Made by a program: the position numbers and the translations under genes | Shown here: positions 13,521 through 28,276 of the stretch, one piece after another | Numbering within the stretch: position 1 is the stretch's first letter | Layout: each line of letters opens with the position of its first letter | NCBI RefSeq assembly: GCF_006345805.1 | Contig: NC_043003.1 | Coordinates: 8,618,001 to 8,682,000, forward strand | Direction of reading: 5' to 3' | Length of the DNA stretch: 64,000 nt | Origin: Octopus sinensis | Taxonomy: Eukaryota | Notes under the pieces: generated by a model | Databases searched by the model: none | What the model was told of the DNA's origin: nothing | The model's input: the letters and a program-made list of their open reading frames with translations, nothing else

Positions 13521-14522
13521 TCTTTGGCTGTCTATCTACTCCCCATTTCGAGCAATCAGCGACAATATGAATCTTCGATCACCCTCCATAAATGCCAAAA
13601 GAAGATTTTGGATTTATGGAGAGTGAAAGTTAGGAACAAAAACGGGACAGTGGAGACATACAGGGAAACCGAAGGGTAACAAACATGGAGGGTCGTTAGA
13701 CCTGAACTAGGGGAAAACAGTGAATACTGAGAGAAATATATATATATATATATTTCTCTAGCATTGATACGACTCTTAATCTGTCTCTTTTTCTCTCTCT
13801 CTCTCCTCCCTTATTCCCCTTCCTTTCTTTCCCTCTCCATCCGTCTCCCCCCCCCTTCTACGTTTCTCTATCTCTCTCACCTCCAGCCCCCTCGATCTGT
13901 CTCTTTCTTCTCCTCCCTCGTCCACCTTCTCTCTCTTTTCATCTGTCCCTTTCTCCTGTCTTCTGTTCTCACGTGACAGCTAGCCGCCGTTGAGCGCTCT
14001 TTTCGTTTTCAGCAGCCGCAGAAGCAACACGTATTTGTTCGTCTCCCCGTGGCCATTAGGCACAACTTCACAAGCCAGCCCCATACTTAACTCGTCCTGT
14101 CGAAAGACCCTTGTCCCACGTCCTGGTTTGTTTGTTGTTTTTTTTTATTTTTATTTTTACCGTTATGTTTTTACGTTTTTGTATTCTTATTGGTGTCACG
14201 TATTCTGTATTTTTGTTTACGTACTTCGTTCGTTTTCCGTCCTCGCGTTGTATACATTCGAAGCTTCTTCCAGGGGATCTAATGCGCTTGGCTTAGATTT
14301 CCCTTGGCTGGCTGGCCATATCGGAGCAATCTCAAGATTAATCAGCCGAAATTGCTAAGATGATCTGGTTCTTGACTGATGACTGAGGGCTTCGAATGTC
14401 CCGTCCTGTGGTTCTTGTTGTCGTCTCTGTGGTGTTTCATGTTCTTGTCCATGTCTGTAATTATTTTTACTGTTACCTATATATATATATATATATATAA
14501 TATATATATATATATATAAATG

Positions 14523-14818
14523 GAAAAAAACACCTTTTATCAATTCAAAATGAACAATTAAATTACACCATCTAGAAAATTACGTATAATAGAAATATTA
14601 AAATTAAAATAACAATAATATACCGATGATTAAGTAAATTGCAAAATAATAATAAAACGTATATATTTAGTAGAATAACTATGCTTTATTATTATTTTTC
14701 AATTTACTTAATCATCGTTATATTATTGTTATTTTAATTTTAATATTTCTATTATATGTAATTTTCTAGATGGTGTAATTTAATTGTTCATTTTGAATTG
14801 ATAAAAGGTGATTTTTTC
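14523..14818. repeat. Fold-back inverted repeat, ~138-bp arms, 20-nt loop
   Basis: gaaaaaaacaccttttatcaattcaaaatgaacaattaaattacaccatctagaaaat... versus ...attttctagatggtgtaatttaattgttcattttgaattgataaaaggtgattttttc; about 5 differences. Confidence 0.9.
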
Positions 14819-14923
14819 TAATTTTTTTATATATATATAAATTTTTGTGAAATTTGATTTAGTATTTCTAAATTGAATTTTTCTCTGTAAGTTAGGAATA
14901 ATATACCCTCAAATAATTATTAT

Positions 14924-14965
<42 letters not shown>

Positions 14966-15164
14966 TATATATATAATATATATATATATTATATATATAT
15001 ATATATATAATGTATATATATATATATATATATAATTATAATTTAAGCTATCAAAGAGATACTCTAAATTCTAATTCTAATGATAATAATTATTACTTTT
15101 GAAGGTTTTTATTCCCATGCTGGCCACTTGATACGATCGATATTTAAGTAACAGATCTTATCCT

Positions 15165-15229
<65 letters not shown>

Positions 15230-15877
15230 GTATTTAAATGTATACGTGTATGTATGCATGTATGTGTGTATGTCTGTTATGAAACGCTAATATTCAGACC
15301 AAATTACAATAAAGTCATGACGAAATATCTGTTTTTCAATCAACTTTTCTTCTTCGACTTTCGATGTAACAATTATATAATCTGGTTTCCACTCAACCCC
15401 AACAAATTTCTGTCCTATTAAATGACATAAATATCTGATAAAGGTATTTATATAGGATTGAACACGACAGAATTCTATATAGATATCTATAGAAATCGTC
15501 TTCAAATGTTTCCTATGAGTAGAAATACTGGCTTTATCTCTTAAGTTACCTTGTGGTTAACGTTCTGGTGAGATTTACAATAAACCCCGTCAGCACATTG
15601 TCACTTATATACTCATAAACATTGGACACATAACTTTTAACAATGTGCTGTGGCTTTCGTTTTGGCTCTTCTCTGTGTAATATTGATTATCGTTGCTGTT
15701 TTTTCAATGTACATCTTACGTCAATGTTTACTTGTGGTTGATAGACTTATATTCGAAACAACTGACATGCCCACGCCCACACAGAAAGCATTACACACAC
15801 GTCTATATACTCACACATGCATACATACGTACATACAGATAATCATGTTTAAAAATATGTATAAATATTTATATTCT

Positions 15878-16530
15878 TTTCTACTCTAGGCACAAGGCTC
15901 GAAAATTTGGGGGAGGGGTCAGTGGATTAGATCGACCCCAGAAGGCAACGGGTACTTAATTTATCAACCCCGAAAGGATGAAAGGAAAGTCGACCTCGGC
16001 CGAATTTGAACTCAGAATGTGAAGACAGACGAAATACTGCTAAGCATTTCGCCCGGCGTGCTAACGTTTCTTATTTCTTTACAACCCACAAGGGGCTAAA
16101 CACAGAGAGGACAAACAAGGACAGACAAACGGATTAAGTCGATTACATCGACCCAAGTGCGTAACTGGTACTTAATTTATCAACCCCGAAAGGATGAAAG
16201 GCAAAGTCGACCTCGGGGGAATTTGAACTCAGAACGTAACGGCAGACGAAATACCTATTTCTTTACTACCCACAAGGGTCTTTTAAGGCAGCGAGCTGGC
16301 AGAAACGTTAGCATACCGGGCGAAATGCTTAGCAGTATTTCGTCTGCCGTTACGTTCTGAGTTCAAATTCCGCCGAAGTCGACTTTGTCTTTCATCCTTT
16401 CGGGGTCGATAAATAAAGTACCAGTTACGCACTGGGGGTCGATATAATCGACTTAATCTGTTTGTCTGTCCTTGTTTGTCCCTTCTGTGTTTAGTTGTGG
16501 GTAGTAAAGAAATAGGTATTTCGTCTGTCC
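15878..16530. mobile_element. SINE family A: minus array (15878-16277) abutting a plus copy (16287-16530)
   Basis: Same family motifs in opposite orientations with the junction near 16280. Confidence 0.8.
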
Positions 16531-16612
16531 ACGGCCATATGGCGTAGTGACTACTCACCCCAAGATTCTGAACGGTAATAATAATAATAATGATAATAAT
16601 AACAACAACAAC

Positions 16613-16677
<65 letters not shown>

Positions 16678-16739
16678 TAATAATAATAATATCGAAAAAT
16701 ACCTTAGGAATGAGAACCCAGGTTCGAAATTTCCCCAAC

Positions 16740-16783
16740 ACACCTGAAGAAGGCTGGAGGGTATATCAGCCGAAATGTAGTGT
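16740..16783 (+). ncRNA. Type I hammerhead-like motif in a short repeat next to (AAT)n
   Basis: ACAC-CTGAAGA-A-GGCTG(gagggtatat)CAGCC-GAAAT-GTA-GTGT; stems I and II pair. Confidence 0.6.
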
Positions 16784-17824
16784 TAACAACAAACAAGACG
16801 AGGACAAATATCCGTCAGATGTAAATAATGTAAATAATGTACATAATTCCTCATCTCTTAAATATAGAACTGACTAATAATGGCTTCAAAAATTTTAGTC
16901 GGAGGGGCTTCGTCGGTTACATCGACTCCAGTGCCCAACTGGTACTTATTTTACCGACCTCGATCAGACGAAAAGCAAAGTCGGCTTCGGAGGTATTTGA
17001 ACTCAGAACGTAAAGACTCAGAAAGCTTTTGTTTGGCACGCTAACAATTCTTCCAGTTCATCGCCTTCATTAATAACGGTTCCAGGTTTTGGCACAATGC
17101 CAAATATTTCGGGAGAAGGGGGGGGTAACTCGATTACATTGACCCCATTGGTCAACTGGAACGTTAATGAACTAATAACGATAGCGAATCTTTTGAAATT
17201 TTTGAAGCTCTCAGAATGTCATAGAGCTATATTTTTACGGCTCTATTTAGAAGTGTATTTTCCGCTGAGAGCGGAATGTGTGGAGAAAATTTGAATTTAT
17301 TTAAATCTATGTCTGTGTGTTTGCAAAATTACTGGAAAACGGTTGAACAGATTTTCACTAAATTTGGCAGAAATACTCATTATCGAAATGATAAAAATTT
17401 GGTTTGATCATCTTCAAATATACAGAAATACATACATAGATATGCGACTGTGTGCGCGCGTGCGTGTGTACAATGATGGATTCGAGGCTTTCGTTTAGTT
17501 ACGGGTTGATAACTTAATTTTACTGGAGTATAAATACCTATAAATGGTGATACTTAAAAAAATACTTTTAAAAATTGAACTTACAAATTTGCCGGTAAGC
17601 AAGTGGTTATATTATTTATATCCTACCACGAACTACAGTACGTTTAATTCACCGCCATCATTAAAAGACGTTCAAAACACTCCTCAAGTTCTATGCAATA
17701 TTTTCAATAAGTATTTCCTTTTGTTCACTTTCTTTTTCATATGCATCGACCCTCGTCTGCCTGTGCATAGATCATGGTGTACCTATGCGCGTAGACACGT
17801 GAGGGTACATACATATATACATAC

Positions 17825-18127
17825 ATCACGTGATCACGTGACCGACCAGACCATCAGATGATTCTACACATCGCTGGTCACAATGTATTCGCATTGTTTT
17901 AGCCTTCGAACGACGCCACCCCGCAGGTTAAGCGAGCAGGCCAACAGAAGAAAGAGAGAAAGAGTGGTGAAAGAGTACAGCAGGGACTGCCACCACCTGC
18001 CGGAGAGTCGTGGAGCTTTTAGGTGTTTTCACTCAATAAACACACACAACGCCCGGTCTGGGAATCGAAACCGCGATCCTACGACTGCGAGTCCGCTGCC
18101 CTAACCACTGGGCCATTGCGCCTCCAC
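17825..18127 (-). mobile_element. tRNA-derived SINE family C, full length
   Basis: Minus strand ggcgcaatggcccagtggttagggcagcggactcgc...gtttcgattcccagaccggg; tail ...catctgatggtctggtcggtcacgtgatcacgtgat. Other copies or fragments at 19785-20090, 23085-23190, 38820-38950, 44462-44775, 52215-52470, 61635-61760. Confidence 0.85.
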
Positions 18128-18282
18128 AAATACATACATACATGCATACATGCATACATACATGCATACATACATACATACATACATACATACATACATA
18201 CATACATGCATGCATGCATACATACATACATACATACATACATACATACATACATACATACATACATACATACATACATACA

Positions 18283-18316
<34 letters not shown>

Positions 18317-18374
18317 CATACATACATACATGCATACATACATACATACATACATACATACATACATACATACA

Positions 18375-18405
<31 letters not shown>

Positions 18406-19046
18406 GCGACTCTGTGTGTGTCTGTGCAGTAATGGATTTGAGGGTTTCGTATATTTACGAGTTGATTTCTTAATTTCACCGGGGCGTAAATACCTATAAT
18501 GGTGATACATTAAAAAAATTAAAAAATCAAACTTACAAATTTCCCGATCAGCAAGTTTAGTCAAACACTTACAAAGCTCAATTCGCTTCAATTAAAAGGC
18601 TTGGGTAAGCAATAATAATATTTTAAAATTCTATTTCTATTTCATTGAATTTCGTACTCCTATAGAATGTTTTATTGTAAAAAGTTAATACCCCGTCTGT
18701 AACTTTTTCACGTACTATGCCACACTTTATTCACACATCGATGAATTAAACCCACAAGTTAACTGTAACAATGGTGAGAGCGCTGTATATAATTTTTAAA
18801 AATAGATTCTATTTTTAAAAAAATTATTTTTCATACGCAATAATAGTAGAAAAAACTGCATAATGTATAATGCAATAATTACATCGTATTATATATTTGA
18901 TAATTAAATAATATATTATCTATTTTATTGTGTTTTTCTAAGCGCGTGATCCCCCGGTGCGTGGGAAAATAAGTTGCATGAAACCGGTATGTTGTGCAGA
19001 AAAGGTTGTGGATGCTGATTTAAAGCAAAAAGAAGCCAGAAGTACT

Positions 19047-19230
19047 CTACCATATATATTCCACGGTCCTGTCAATTAGTTTTGCTTGATATCTCTCAAT
19101 ATCTTCATTGGCAACTGTCTTATCCGTCATCATAAAACCTAGCTTTCGAAAGAAGCGGTCTGCGGGAACCGTTAGAACATCGGACAAAATGGTTTGCGAT
19201 ATTTTTTCCAGCTCTTTATATTTTGCATTC
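19047..19230 (-). mobile_element. Possible hAT C-terminal dimerisation-domain relic
   Basis: KYKELEKISQTILSDVLTVPADRFFRKLGFMMTDK resembles the hAT motif YP.L..IA..ILS.P.S.VP.ER.FS..G...TD; truncated upstream by a family A SINE fragment. Confidence 0.45.
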
Positions 19231-20094
19231 AAATCCTGACGAAGTCAACTTCACCTTTTATCCTTTCGGTGATCGATAAAATAAAATACCAGTTAAGTAC
19301 TGGGGTCGATATACTAGATATGCCCCTTTATCTAACCGTAATAAAATTATCTGTGCAGAAAGACAATATCAATGTTAGTAATCTTCACAAAAAACACTTC
19401 CATTTTGCTAGAATAACGTGACTAAGAAATAAAAAACAACAACTCATAAACAAGCATTACAAATATGTATCATCAGCTGCCAAACAGATACCATTATGAT
19501 TTCGACACATGCATAGTTCGTATATGTCTGTGTTTGTCTCGCCTCCCTATTGATAACCGGTATTGGTTTGGGTACGGGCCCCATAACTTTTCGGTTCGGC
19601 AAAAGAGAACGATATAAGTACCAGACATTAAAAAGTAAATGTTGGTGTCGATTCGTAGGGCTAGAGCGTTCAAGGCAGTGCTCCAGCATGGCAGTTGTCC
19701 AATGAATGAAACAAGAAAAAAGAAAAAGGTCATACTGGAATATTTCTTATAATTCAATAAGTTATATTAATATTAGGCGAAGGCGCGTGGCCCAGTGGTT
19801 ATGGTATTGCACTGATGATCACTAGATTGTAGGTTCGATTCCTGGACCGAGCATCGCTTTGTGTTCTTGAGAAAAACACTTCATTTAACGCTGCTCCAGT
19901 CCTCTCAGCTGTCACTGGGTCACCCTGCAATGGACAAAGCTTCCGATCAAGGAGGAATTATTGACCTGCTCGCCTGACTAGCAGAATGGCTTCATTCGAA
20001 AGCTAAATCGACATGAAGCGCATTATGACCAGCAATGTGTAACACCATCTGAATGTCTGGTCGATCACGCAATCACGTGATATCAATATCACAT

Positions 20095-20760
20095 AAGGCA
20101 GTGAGCCGACAGAATTGCTAGTATGTTGGACGAAAAGCTTAGTGGTATTTCGCCCGTCGCTATGTTCTGAGTTCAAATTCCGCCGAGGTCGACTTTGCCC
20201 CTGTGGGTAGTAAAGAAATAGGTATTTCGACTGCCGCTACATTCTGAGTTCAAATTCCGCTGAGGTCGACTTTGCTTTTCATCCTTTCGGGGTCGATTAA
20301 ATAAGTACCAGTTGCGCACTGGGGGTCGATATAATCGGCTTAATCAGTTTGTCTGGCATTGTTTGTCCTCTCTGTATTTAGCTCCTTGTGGGTAGTAAAG
20401 AAATAGGTATTTCGTCTGCCGTTGCGTTCTAAGTTCAAATTCCGCCGAGGTCGATTTTCATCCTTTCGGGGTCGATTAAATAAGTACCAGTTGCGCACTG
20501 GGGGTCAATATAAACGACTTAATCCGTTCGTCTGTCCTTATTTGTCCTCTCTGTTTTTAGCTCCTTGTGGGTAGTAAAGAAATAGGTGTTTTGTCTGTCT
20601 TTACGTTCTGAGTTCAAATTCCGCCGAGGTCGATTTTGATTTTCATCCTTTCGGGGGTCGATTAAATAAGTACCAATTACGCACAGGGGTCGATGTAATC
20701 GACTTAATCTCTTCCACCAAATTCGAGGCCTTGTGCTTTCAGTAGAAAAGATATTAATAT
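20095..20760 (+). mobile_element. SINE family A array (head plus ~4 units)
   Basis: Repeated ttctgagttcaaattccgccgaggtcga and gggtagtaaagaaataggtatttcg junctions. Confidence 0.85.
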
Positions 20761-21239
20761 CACATGCTCCCTTTTCGAACAATGTCGCCCGTTTCTATAT
20801 CACATACATACATACAACATTCAGTTATTGTACAGAACAATTCTTTCCCATCTTTGATTGGAAATCATCAGGATAAGGATACACAAAGAAACGTAGACCT
20901 CTCTGTATAAACAATTAATTCAGCAAATTTCCTCTGCCGTTTCCTTAGAAACCTTCATTCACTTGTTACTGTACTTGAAAGAATTCTTGATGGGTTAATT
21001 TCCTCCTCCTTTTAAGTCTCTTCAGAATGTAATATACATCCACACGTAATTGAGATAATCCAACCATAATTAAGCCAGTGTTATCTTATCCGACCTTCAT
21101 ATCCCGTCTGTGATTTTATGTATTCTCGCATCCCTATATATGCGTATATATCTACATATGTCTACTTATACATACGTATATACTCTAGCACACATATACA
21201 CTTATATTCTCACTCTTTACCCGTACTCCTGCATACCTG

Positions 21240-21312
21240 TCCTATGTATGTATGTATGTATGTATGTATGTATGTATGTATGTATGTATGTATCTGTCTG
21301 TCTGTCCGTCCG

Positions 21313-21367
<55 letters not shown>

Positions 21368-21391
21368 GTCTGTCCGTCCGTCCGTCCGTCC

Positions 21392-21422
<31 letters not shown>

Positions 21423-21517
21423 AATCAATCTATCTATCTATCTGTCTGTCATTCTGTCTGTCTGTCTATCTACCTACCTACCTACCTACCTACCTACCTA
21501 CCTACCTACCTACCTAC

Positions 21518-21586
<69 letters not shown>

Positions 21587-21618
21587 CATCTATCCATCCA
21601 TCCATCCATCCATCCATC

Positions 21619-21660
<42 letters not shown>
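21240..21660. repeat. Compound tetranucleotide microsatellite (TATG, TCTG, TATC, TACC, TCCA)
   Basis: Direct inspection. Confidence 0.95.
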
Positions 21661-21661
<1 letters not shown>

Positions 21662-21664
<3 letters not shown>

Positions 21665-21779
21665 TTTTTTTGTTTATTTTGTTTTTTGTTTTATTCATCC
21701 CCCAAAAGAAAAGCTCTACCTTGTAACTTGTCCCATCTTTTGCACAGCCCTGTGTGGCCATAAAGAAACTTATCTATCT

Positions 21780-21815
<36 letters not shown>

Positions 21816-22101
21816 ATCTTTTTTTTTTGTTATTTTTTGTTTTTTGTTTTATTCATCCCCCAAAAGAAAAGCTCTACCTTGTAACTTGTCCCATCTGTGT
21901 GCAGCCCTGTGTGGCCAATAAAGAAACTTATCTATCTATCTATCTATTTTGTCCTCTTTCTCTCCTTTTACGATCCCTTTTGATCGAACCTCCCCTTCCT
22001 TTTTTTTTTTTTTTTTTTTGTTTTTTTAATACCTTCAAAAGAAAAGCTCTACCTTGTAATTTGTTCTATCTGTGTGCAGCCCTGTGTGGCTAATAAAGAA
22101 A
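21662..22101 (+). mobile_element. Three 5'-truncated Tx1 LINE 3'-UTR copies separated by (TATC)n
   Basis: ccccaaaagaaaagctctaccttgtaacttgtcccatct...gccctgtgtggccaataaagaaact x3, homologous to the 3' end of the LINE at 50385-50463. Confidence 0.75.
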
Positions 22102-22103
22102 CA

Positions 22104-22168
<65 letters not shown>

Positions 22169-22180
22169 CTATATATATAC

Positions 22181-22245
<65 letters not shown>

Positions 22246-22800
22246 ATATATATATCCATCTATATATCTATCAATTATTTGCATTAATTTGTGAATATGC
22301 ATTCCAATGATGATGATGATGAGTATGTATAATATATCAATGTATAAATGTATGCTTAATTACATGCACTACAAAATTGGTATTATACGAAAATGGTAGT
22401 GAGACAGCTGTGATCCTATGAAAGTCACGTGGTTAAATAAATAGATTTTCACCTGCTAAGTCACCTGACTTTATATCTCTATATATTCATCACAGAATAT
22501 TTTTATCGATTGCATTTTCTGGATTTTCGGTTACGTGGATTCTTTACGAGTACGTTACACTTCTTTGTAATTGATTACTGAGTGGACTGATAGCCGTGCC
22601 CATCAGAGGAGCTTACTGTGATAGCCATATGATTCTCTGAACCCATATATTATGCTACTTGTCTGCATGTATATATACGTATGCATGCATGCATGCATGT
22701 GTACATACATACGTACGTACATATATCCATACATATATGCATACATACGCACACACATAATTAATACTAGACGATGGATTGAACAGGCTTTATGTCATAA

Positions 22801-22918
22801 TACTACAATTGTTTCAATGCGTCAGTATCAGGTGTTAAATGCTGAATGTTACATATGTTATACGCAATATAGTATCAATACTATTCGACATAGGTGTATA
22901 CTTGCGCATCTTCAGGTG
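22801..22918 (-). ncRNA. Degenerate hammerhead-like motif
   Basis: Minus strand CTGAAGA-TGCG...CGCATT-GAAAC-AATT-GTA; palindromic stem III ACAATTGT; stem I poor. Confidence 0.35.
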
Positions 22919-23204
22919 ACCAGAGAGAAAAGAGTTTGGAAAACATACTATCAAGTTATTACCCAGACTATATTGAAACAATACGCGCGCGCGCACAAAC
23001 ACACACACACACACTTGTGCATGTGTATACATACGTATATGTATATGCTAATATATATGTGTATTATATATATATATTGGTCTGCTCGCTTAGCCAGCGG
23101 GGTGGCGTCATTTGAAGGCTAAAACAATGCGAAGCGCATTGTGACCAGCGATGTGTAGCAACATCTGACAGCCTGGTTGGTCACGGTGATCACGGTGATA
23201 TATA

Positions 23205-23272
<68 letters not shown>

Positions 23273-23347
23273 TGTGTATACAGATATATCTACGTGTGTG
23301 TATGTGAGTGTATGTATATATGCATGTATGTATATATGCATGTATGA

Positions 23348-23380
<33 letters not shown>

Positions 23381-23383
23381 GGA

Positions 23384-23416
<33 letters not shown>

Positions 23417-23689
23417 GGTAGGTATGTGTTGCTGTTTGTGTTTGTCCCCCTCATCGCTTGATCAGCGGTGTTGGTCTGTTTTACGCGCCCCTAACATTGC
23501 GGTTCGGTGAAAAAGACCGGTAGAAGTACAACAAAACAATTCACACAGCCACGCTCACGCGCGAGCTCACCCGTATACTCCTGCGCATGCGTGCTGCATT
23601 GTATAACGATGACCTCCATAGGAGTTTATTGAGTGCATTGGGCTTGTAGGTGTGTTGTGTATATTGAGGATGTTCAATATCATTGGTTA

Positions 23690-25700
23690 ATAAAGGCGGT
23701 AAGCTGGCAGAGTCGTAGCACAAGCGGGCTAAAAAGTTTAACAGCATTTCGTCTGTCTTTACGTTTTGAGTTAAAATTCCGCAGGGGTCTACTTTGTCCT
23801 TTATCCTCTCGGGGTCGATAAATTAAGTACGAGCGAAACACTGGGGGTCAATGTCAACGACTAATCCCCTCCTTTAAATTTCAGGCCCTGAGATTATAGT
23901 AAAAAGGAATATTATTGGTTAATGAAGGCGGTGGGCTGGCAGAAACGTTAGCACGCCGGGCGAAATGCGAAGCCGTATTTCGTCTGAGTTGAAATTCCGC
24001 CGAAGTCGACTTTGCTTTTCATCCTTGCGGGGTCGATAAATTAAGTACCAGTTACGAACTGGGGTCGATATAATTGACTTCATCCGTTTGTCTGTCCTTG
24101 TTTGTCCCCTCTCTGTGTTTAGCCCCTTGTGGGTAGTAAAGAAATAGGTATTTCGTCTGCCGCTACGTTCTGAGTTCATATTCCGCCGAGGTCCTTTCAG
24201 GGTCGATAAATAAAGTAGCAGCGAAACACTGGGATCTATCTCATCGACTAATCCCCTCCTTCAAATTTCAGGCCTTGTGCTTATAGTGGAAAGCAATATT
24301 ATTGGTTACTAAAGGCGGTGGGCTGGCAAAATCGTAGCACGCCCGGCAAAATGTTTAACATTTCGTCCTGCTCTTTAAGTTCTGAGTTCAAATTCCACAG
24401 AGGTTGGTTTTGCCTTTCATCCTTTTTGGGTTAATAAAATAAGTACCAGCTGACCAGTGGGTTCGATGTAAACGACTTACCCTTCACCTGAAATTGCAGA
24501 ATTTTGCCAAAATTTGAAATCAGTATTAACTGGTTAATATTTGCCAGACAAAAATGCAAAGCGGCATTTTGTTCGTCTTTACGTTCTGAATTCAAATGCC
24601 ACCAGGGTTGACTTTGCCTTTCATCCTTTCGAGATCGATAAAATAACTAGAAGTTGAGGACTGGAGTTGATGTCATCGACTAGCCCCTTCCTCCAGAACT
24701 TGCTGGCTTTGTGCAGAAATTGGAAACCAGTATTATTGGAAACTTTACAAGGTGGAGAGCTGGCAGAAACGTTAACACGCCGGGCGAAATACGTTGCCGT
24801 ATTTCGTCTGCCGCTACGTTTTAAGTTCAAATTCCGCCGAGGTCGACTTTACCTTTCATCCTTTCGGGGTCGATTAAATAAGTATCAGTTACGCACTGGG
24901 TCGACATTATCGACGTAATCCGTTTGTCTGTCCTTGTTTGTCCTCTCTGTGCTTAGCCCCTTGTCGGTAGTAAAGAAATTGGTATTTCGTCTGTCTTTAT
25001 GTTCTGAGTTCAAATTCCGCCGAGGTCGACTTTACCTTTCATCCTTTCGGGGTCGATTAAATAAGTACCAGTTACGCACTGGGTCGACATTATCGACGTA
25101 ATCCGTTTGTCTGTCCTTGTTTGTCCTCTCTGTGCTTAGCCCCTTGTCGGTAGTAAAGAAATTGGTATTTCGTCTGTCTTTATGTTCTGAGTTCAAATTC
25201 CGCCGAGGTCGACTTTACCTTTCATCCTTTCGGGGTCGATTAAATAAGTACCAGTTACGCACTGGGTCGACATTATCGACGTAATCCGTTTGTCTGTACT
25301 TGTTTGTCCTCTCTGTGCTTAGCCCCTTGTCGGTAGTAAAGAAATTGGTATTTCGTCTGTCTTTATGTTCTGAGTTCAAATTCCGCCGAGGTCGACTTTG
25401 CCTTAGATCCTTTCGAGGTCGATTAGATAAGTCCCAGTTGCGCACTGGGGTCGATATAATCGACTTAATCCCTTTGTCTGTCCTTGTTTGTCCCCTCTGC
25501 GCTTAGCTCCTTGTGGGTAGTAAAGAAATAGGTATTTTATCTGTCTTTATGGTCTGAGTTCAAATTCCGCCGAGGTCAACTTTACCGTTCCTCTCGGGGT
25601 CGATAAATTTCGCACCAGTTGCGTACAAGGGTCGATCTAATCGATTGGCCCCTCTCCCAAAATTTTGGGCCTTGGGCTTTTAGAGTAGAGAAGATTATTA
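23690..25700 (+). mobile_element. Cluster of SINE family A copies including a 5-unit array (24750-25700)
   Basis: Units start at about 24800, 24982, 25165, 25348, 25532 (~183-bp period); the first three share private variants (tgtcggtagtaaagaaattggt, tttacctttc). Confidence 0.85.
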
Positions 25701-26153
25701 AAAGTTTCACACGTTATTGAGAGACACCAAGGCTGACAGGAAAAATAAAGAACATTATATCACTTACAAATAATTGTTTATGCACCCATACATTATTTCA
25801 ACAATGGCGTACGTCTTATTCATGGGATATATCGTAATATGAACCTTCTCTAAGTACTTATTTTATTGCTGTATTTAAAGACCGATCAGGCGAATGGCTT
25901 ATTGTACTATTTCAAATAATGGGAACCCTCTGTGAGAATATATTGGAGTGGCCTTCTTTTGTCAACAGTGGCCCTTTAGCTATCTTTAAACGGATAGTAA
26001 ATTACAATAGTTTTCGGGTGAGAGTCAAGGAACGGTCTAATTCATGGTGTGGGAGACGTTTTATGCGAGCATTTCAGCATTGTACCGATACATGCTTAGT
26101 ATTTGCAGCGATCTACAAAAAAAATATATTAATAATAATAATAATGATAAAAA

Positions 26154-26200
<47 letters not shown>

Positions 26201-28186
26201 ATAATAATAATAATAATAATGATAAAAATACTACTACTACTACTACTACTAATAATAATAATAATAATAAGGGATTGCCCTCAAAGTCTAGACTAAAAAG
26301 ACGGCATCAGGAAAATAAATGTAATTCAAGTCAAAGTGAATCGAACAGGTTTTATACGCCTACGTAACCGGAAATGTTCATCTAGTACGTCACTGTGGTT
26401 AAGAAGTTCGCTTTGGAAGCACGTGGTTTCGGGTTCAGTCCTACTGCGCCTGCTTGGCACCTGGGGCAAATGTCTTCTACTATAGCCTCCAATGGCTGAA
26501 ACGAGAAACAGATAAAAAATACTTAAAGGAAGAAGTAGCGTTAGAGTATTTGATCAGTATTTGTTGTCGTTGTTGAAAGACGTTCCGTTGATGACCCTCC
26601 TGCTCTTCTTTCATGCATTAGATATCTAGGATCTAATCATCCAATGTGCTCTGTAGCACCTCCTTTAAAAATGACAGGATGTATTTTGACTACTATTTCT
26701 GACATGATGAGTGTCCTCCTAGAGGTGTGTATATGGAGTCGAAGATGAAGTGTGTTGTTGTATCTAGAGAGGGTCACTATGCCAATAACAAACACATGCA
26801 CTGGTTTTACTGCACTTCAGTATTTATTTGTCAGTTAGTTAAATGTTTAGCCATTTGACTAATCAATTGTTTTAATGAATCGTTCGGTCAATCAATCAAT
26901 CAGTCAGTCGGTCAGTCAGTCAATCAATCAATCAATCAATGAATTAAATTTGTCAAAGTTATTTCATCAGGAGCGTGTCATTGATAAGGTCGTAAATGGT
27001 AAAGAAAGGCGACGAAAGGACTTTGACAAACCTGATTGATCGTTTAACCGAGCGATTAATCATTAATCAAACATTCGATTAACTAATTAGTTAAATGTGT
27101 AACCAACTGATTAATAATAATAATATAAGAAGTGAAATAGAATCATTACGTATGCTTATTATCGGCATAAGAACCCTGCCGAGAGTCAACGAAATATGTT
27201 TTAACTCACGATTTCACAACAAGAATCTTGCAAGCAAACGCTAGAGCGAAGGAAGCGAAGGTACATTCATATATTTCTGAATGGTAGTAGAAAGGTGGGG
27301 CGGGTGGATGGGGTAAGAAAACTCAATGAAATCACCGCAGTTCAGAAGTAACAATTTTGATTTGTTTGTGACCTACATTTATAGTGGGCGTAAAATAGAG
27401 TTTGTTATGAAGACATAATTTCAAGTTTAACTTGTTCTGCCACTTTTTGTTTATTATATTATATATTTTTACGCAGGTGTTATTACTAATGGATGTAGTT
27501 CAGTGAAAGATTGAAAACCATCAAGAGAAATAAAATTTCAATAAATATTTATATACAATTAGGCGACGAACTAGGTGAAATGCTTAGCGGCATTTTTTTC
27601 GTTCGTTTTGACGTCCTAAGTTGAATTTCTGTCGAGATCGACTTTGTCTCTCATCCTTTATAGCAATGGTTCCCAATGTGGGTGCTACTATCCTCTTGGT
27701 GCGGTGAGAAGATCCTGGAGGGTGATAACGGATCAATGGATATAACTACCCCTACAAAAAAAAATTGGTTTATTAGGGTTTCATTTGTGACGTACAGTTG
27801 TTTTAGATTTGCTACAGAAAGTGGTCTACGCGCGTGTGTGTATGCTTGTGTGTGTCACACACACACACAAACAAGGATGCAAACGTGGGCGCACAAAAGG
27901 ATACACCTCTTAGAAGAACAGGATGGAGTAAGTGGAGCAAGAACACGCACGAAGACGAAAACTGTCGCTGAAGAGGTCACAGATGTGTGACAAAAGACAC
28001 AAGTACGGACAATAGACATGAGTTAAAATAATAAAATGAGAACAGTAATAAACGAATGAAGAAAAATATGTAATGCGTGTGTTTATATGGCAAAAAAGAG
28101 GTGACCATCACGAAATACAACAATATCTGTTTCAACACACAATTTCAGATCAGGAATCTTGCAACGCAAATTGATAAACTCATGCG

Positions 28187-28276
<90 letters not shown>

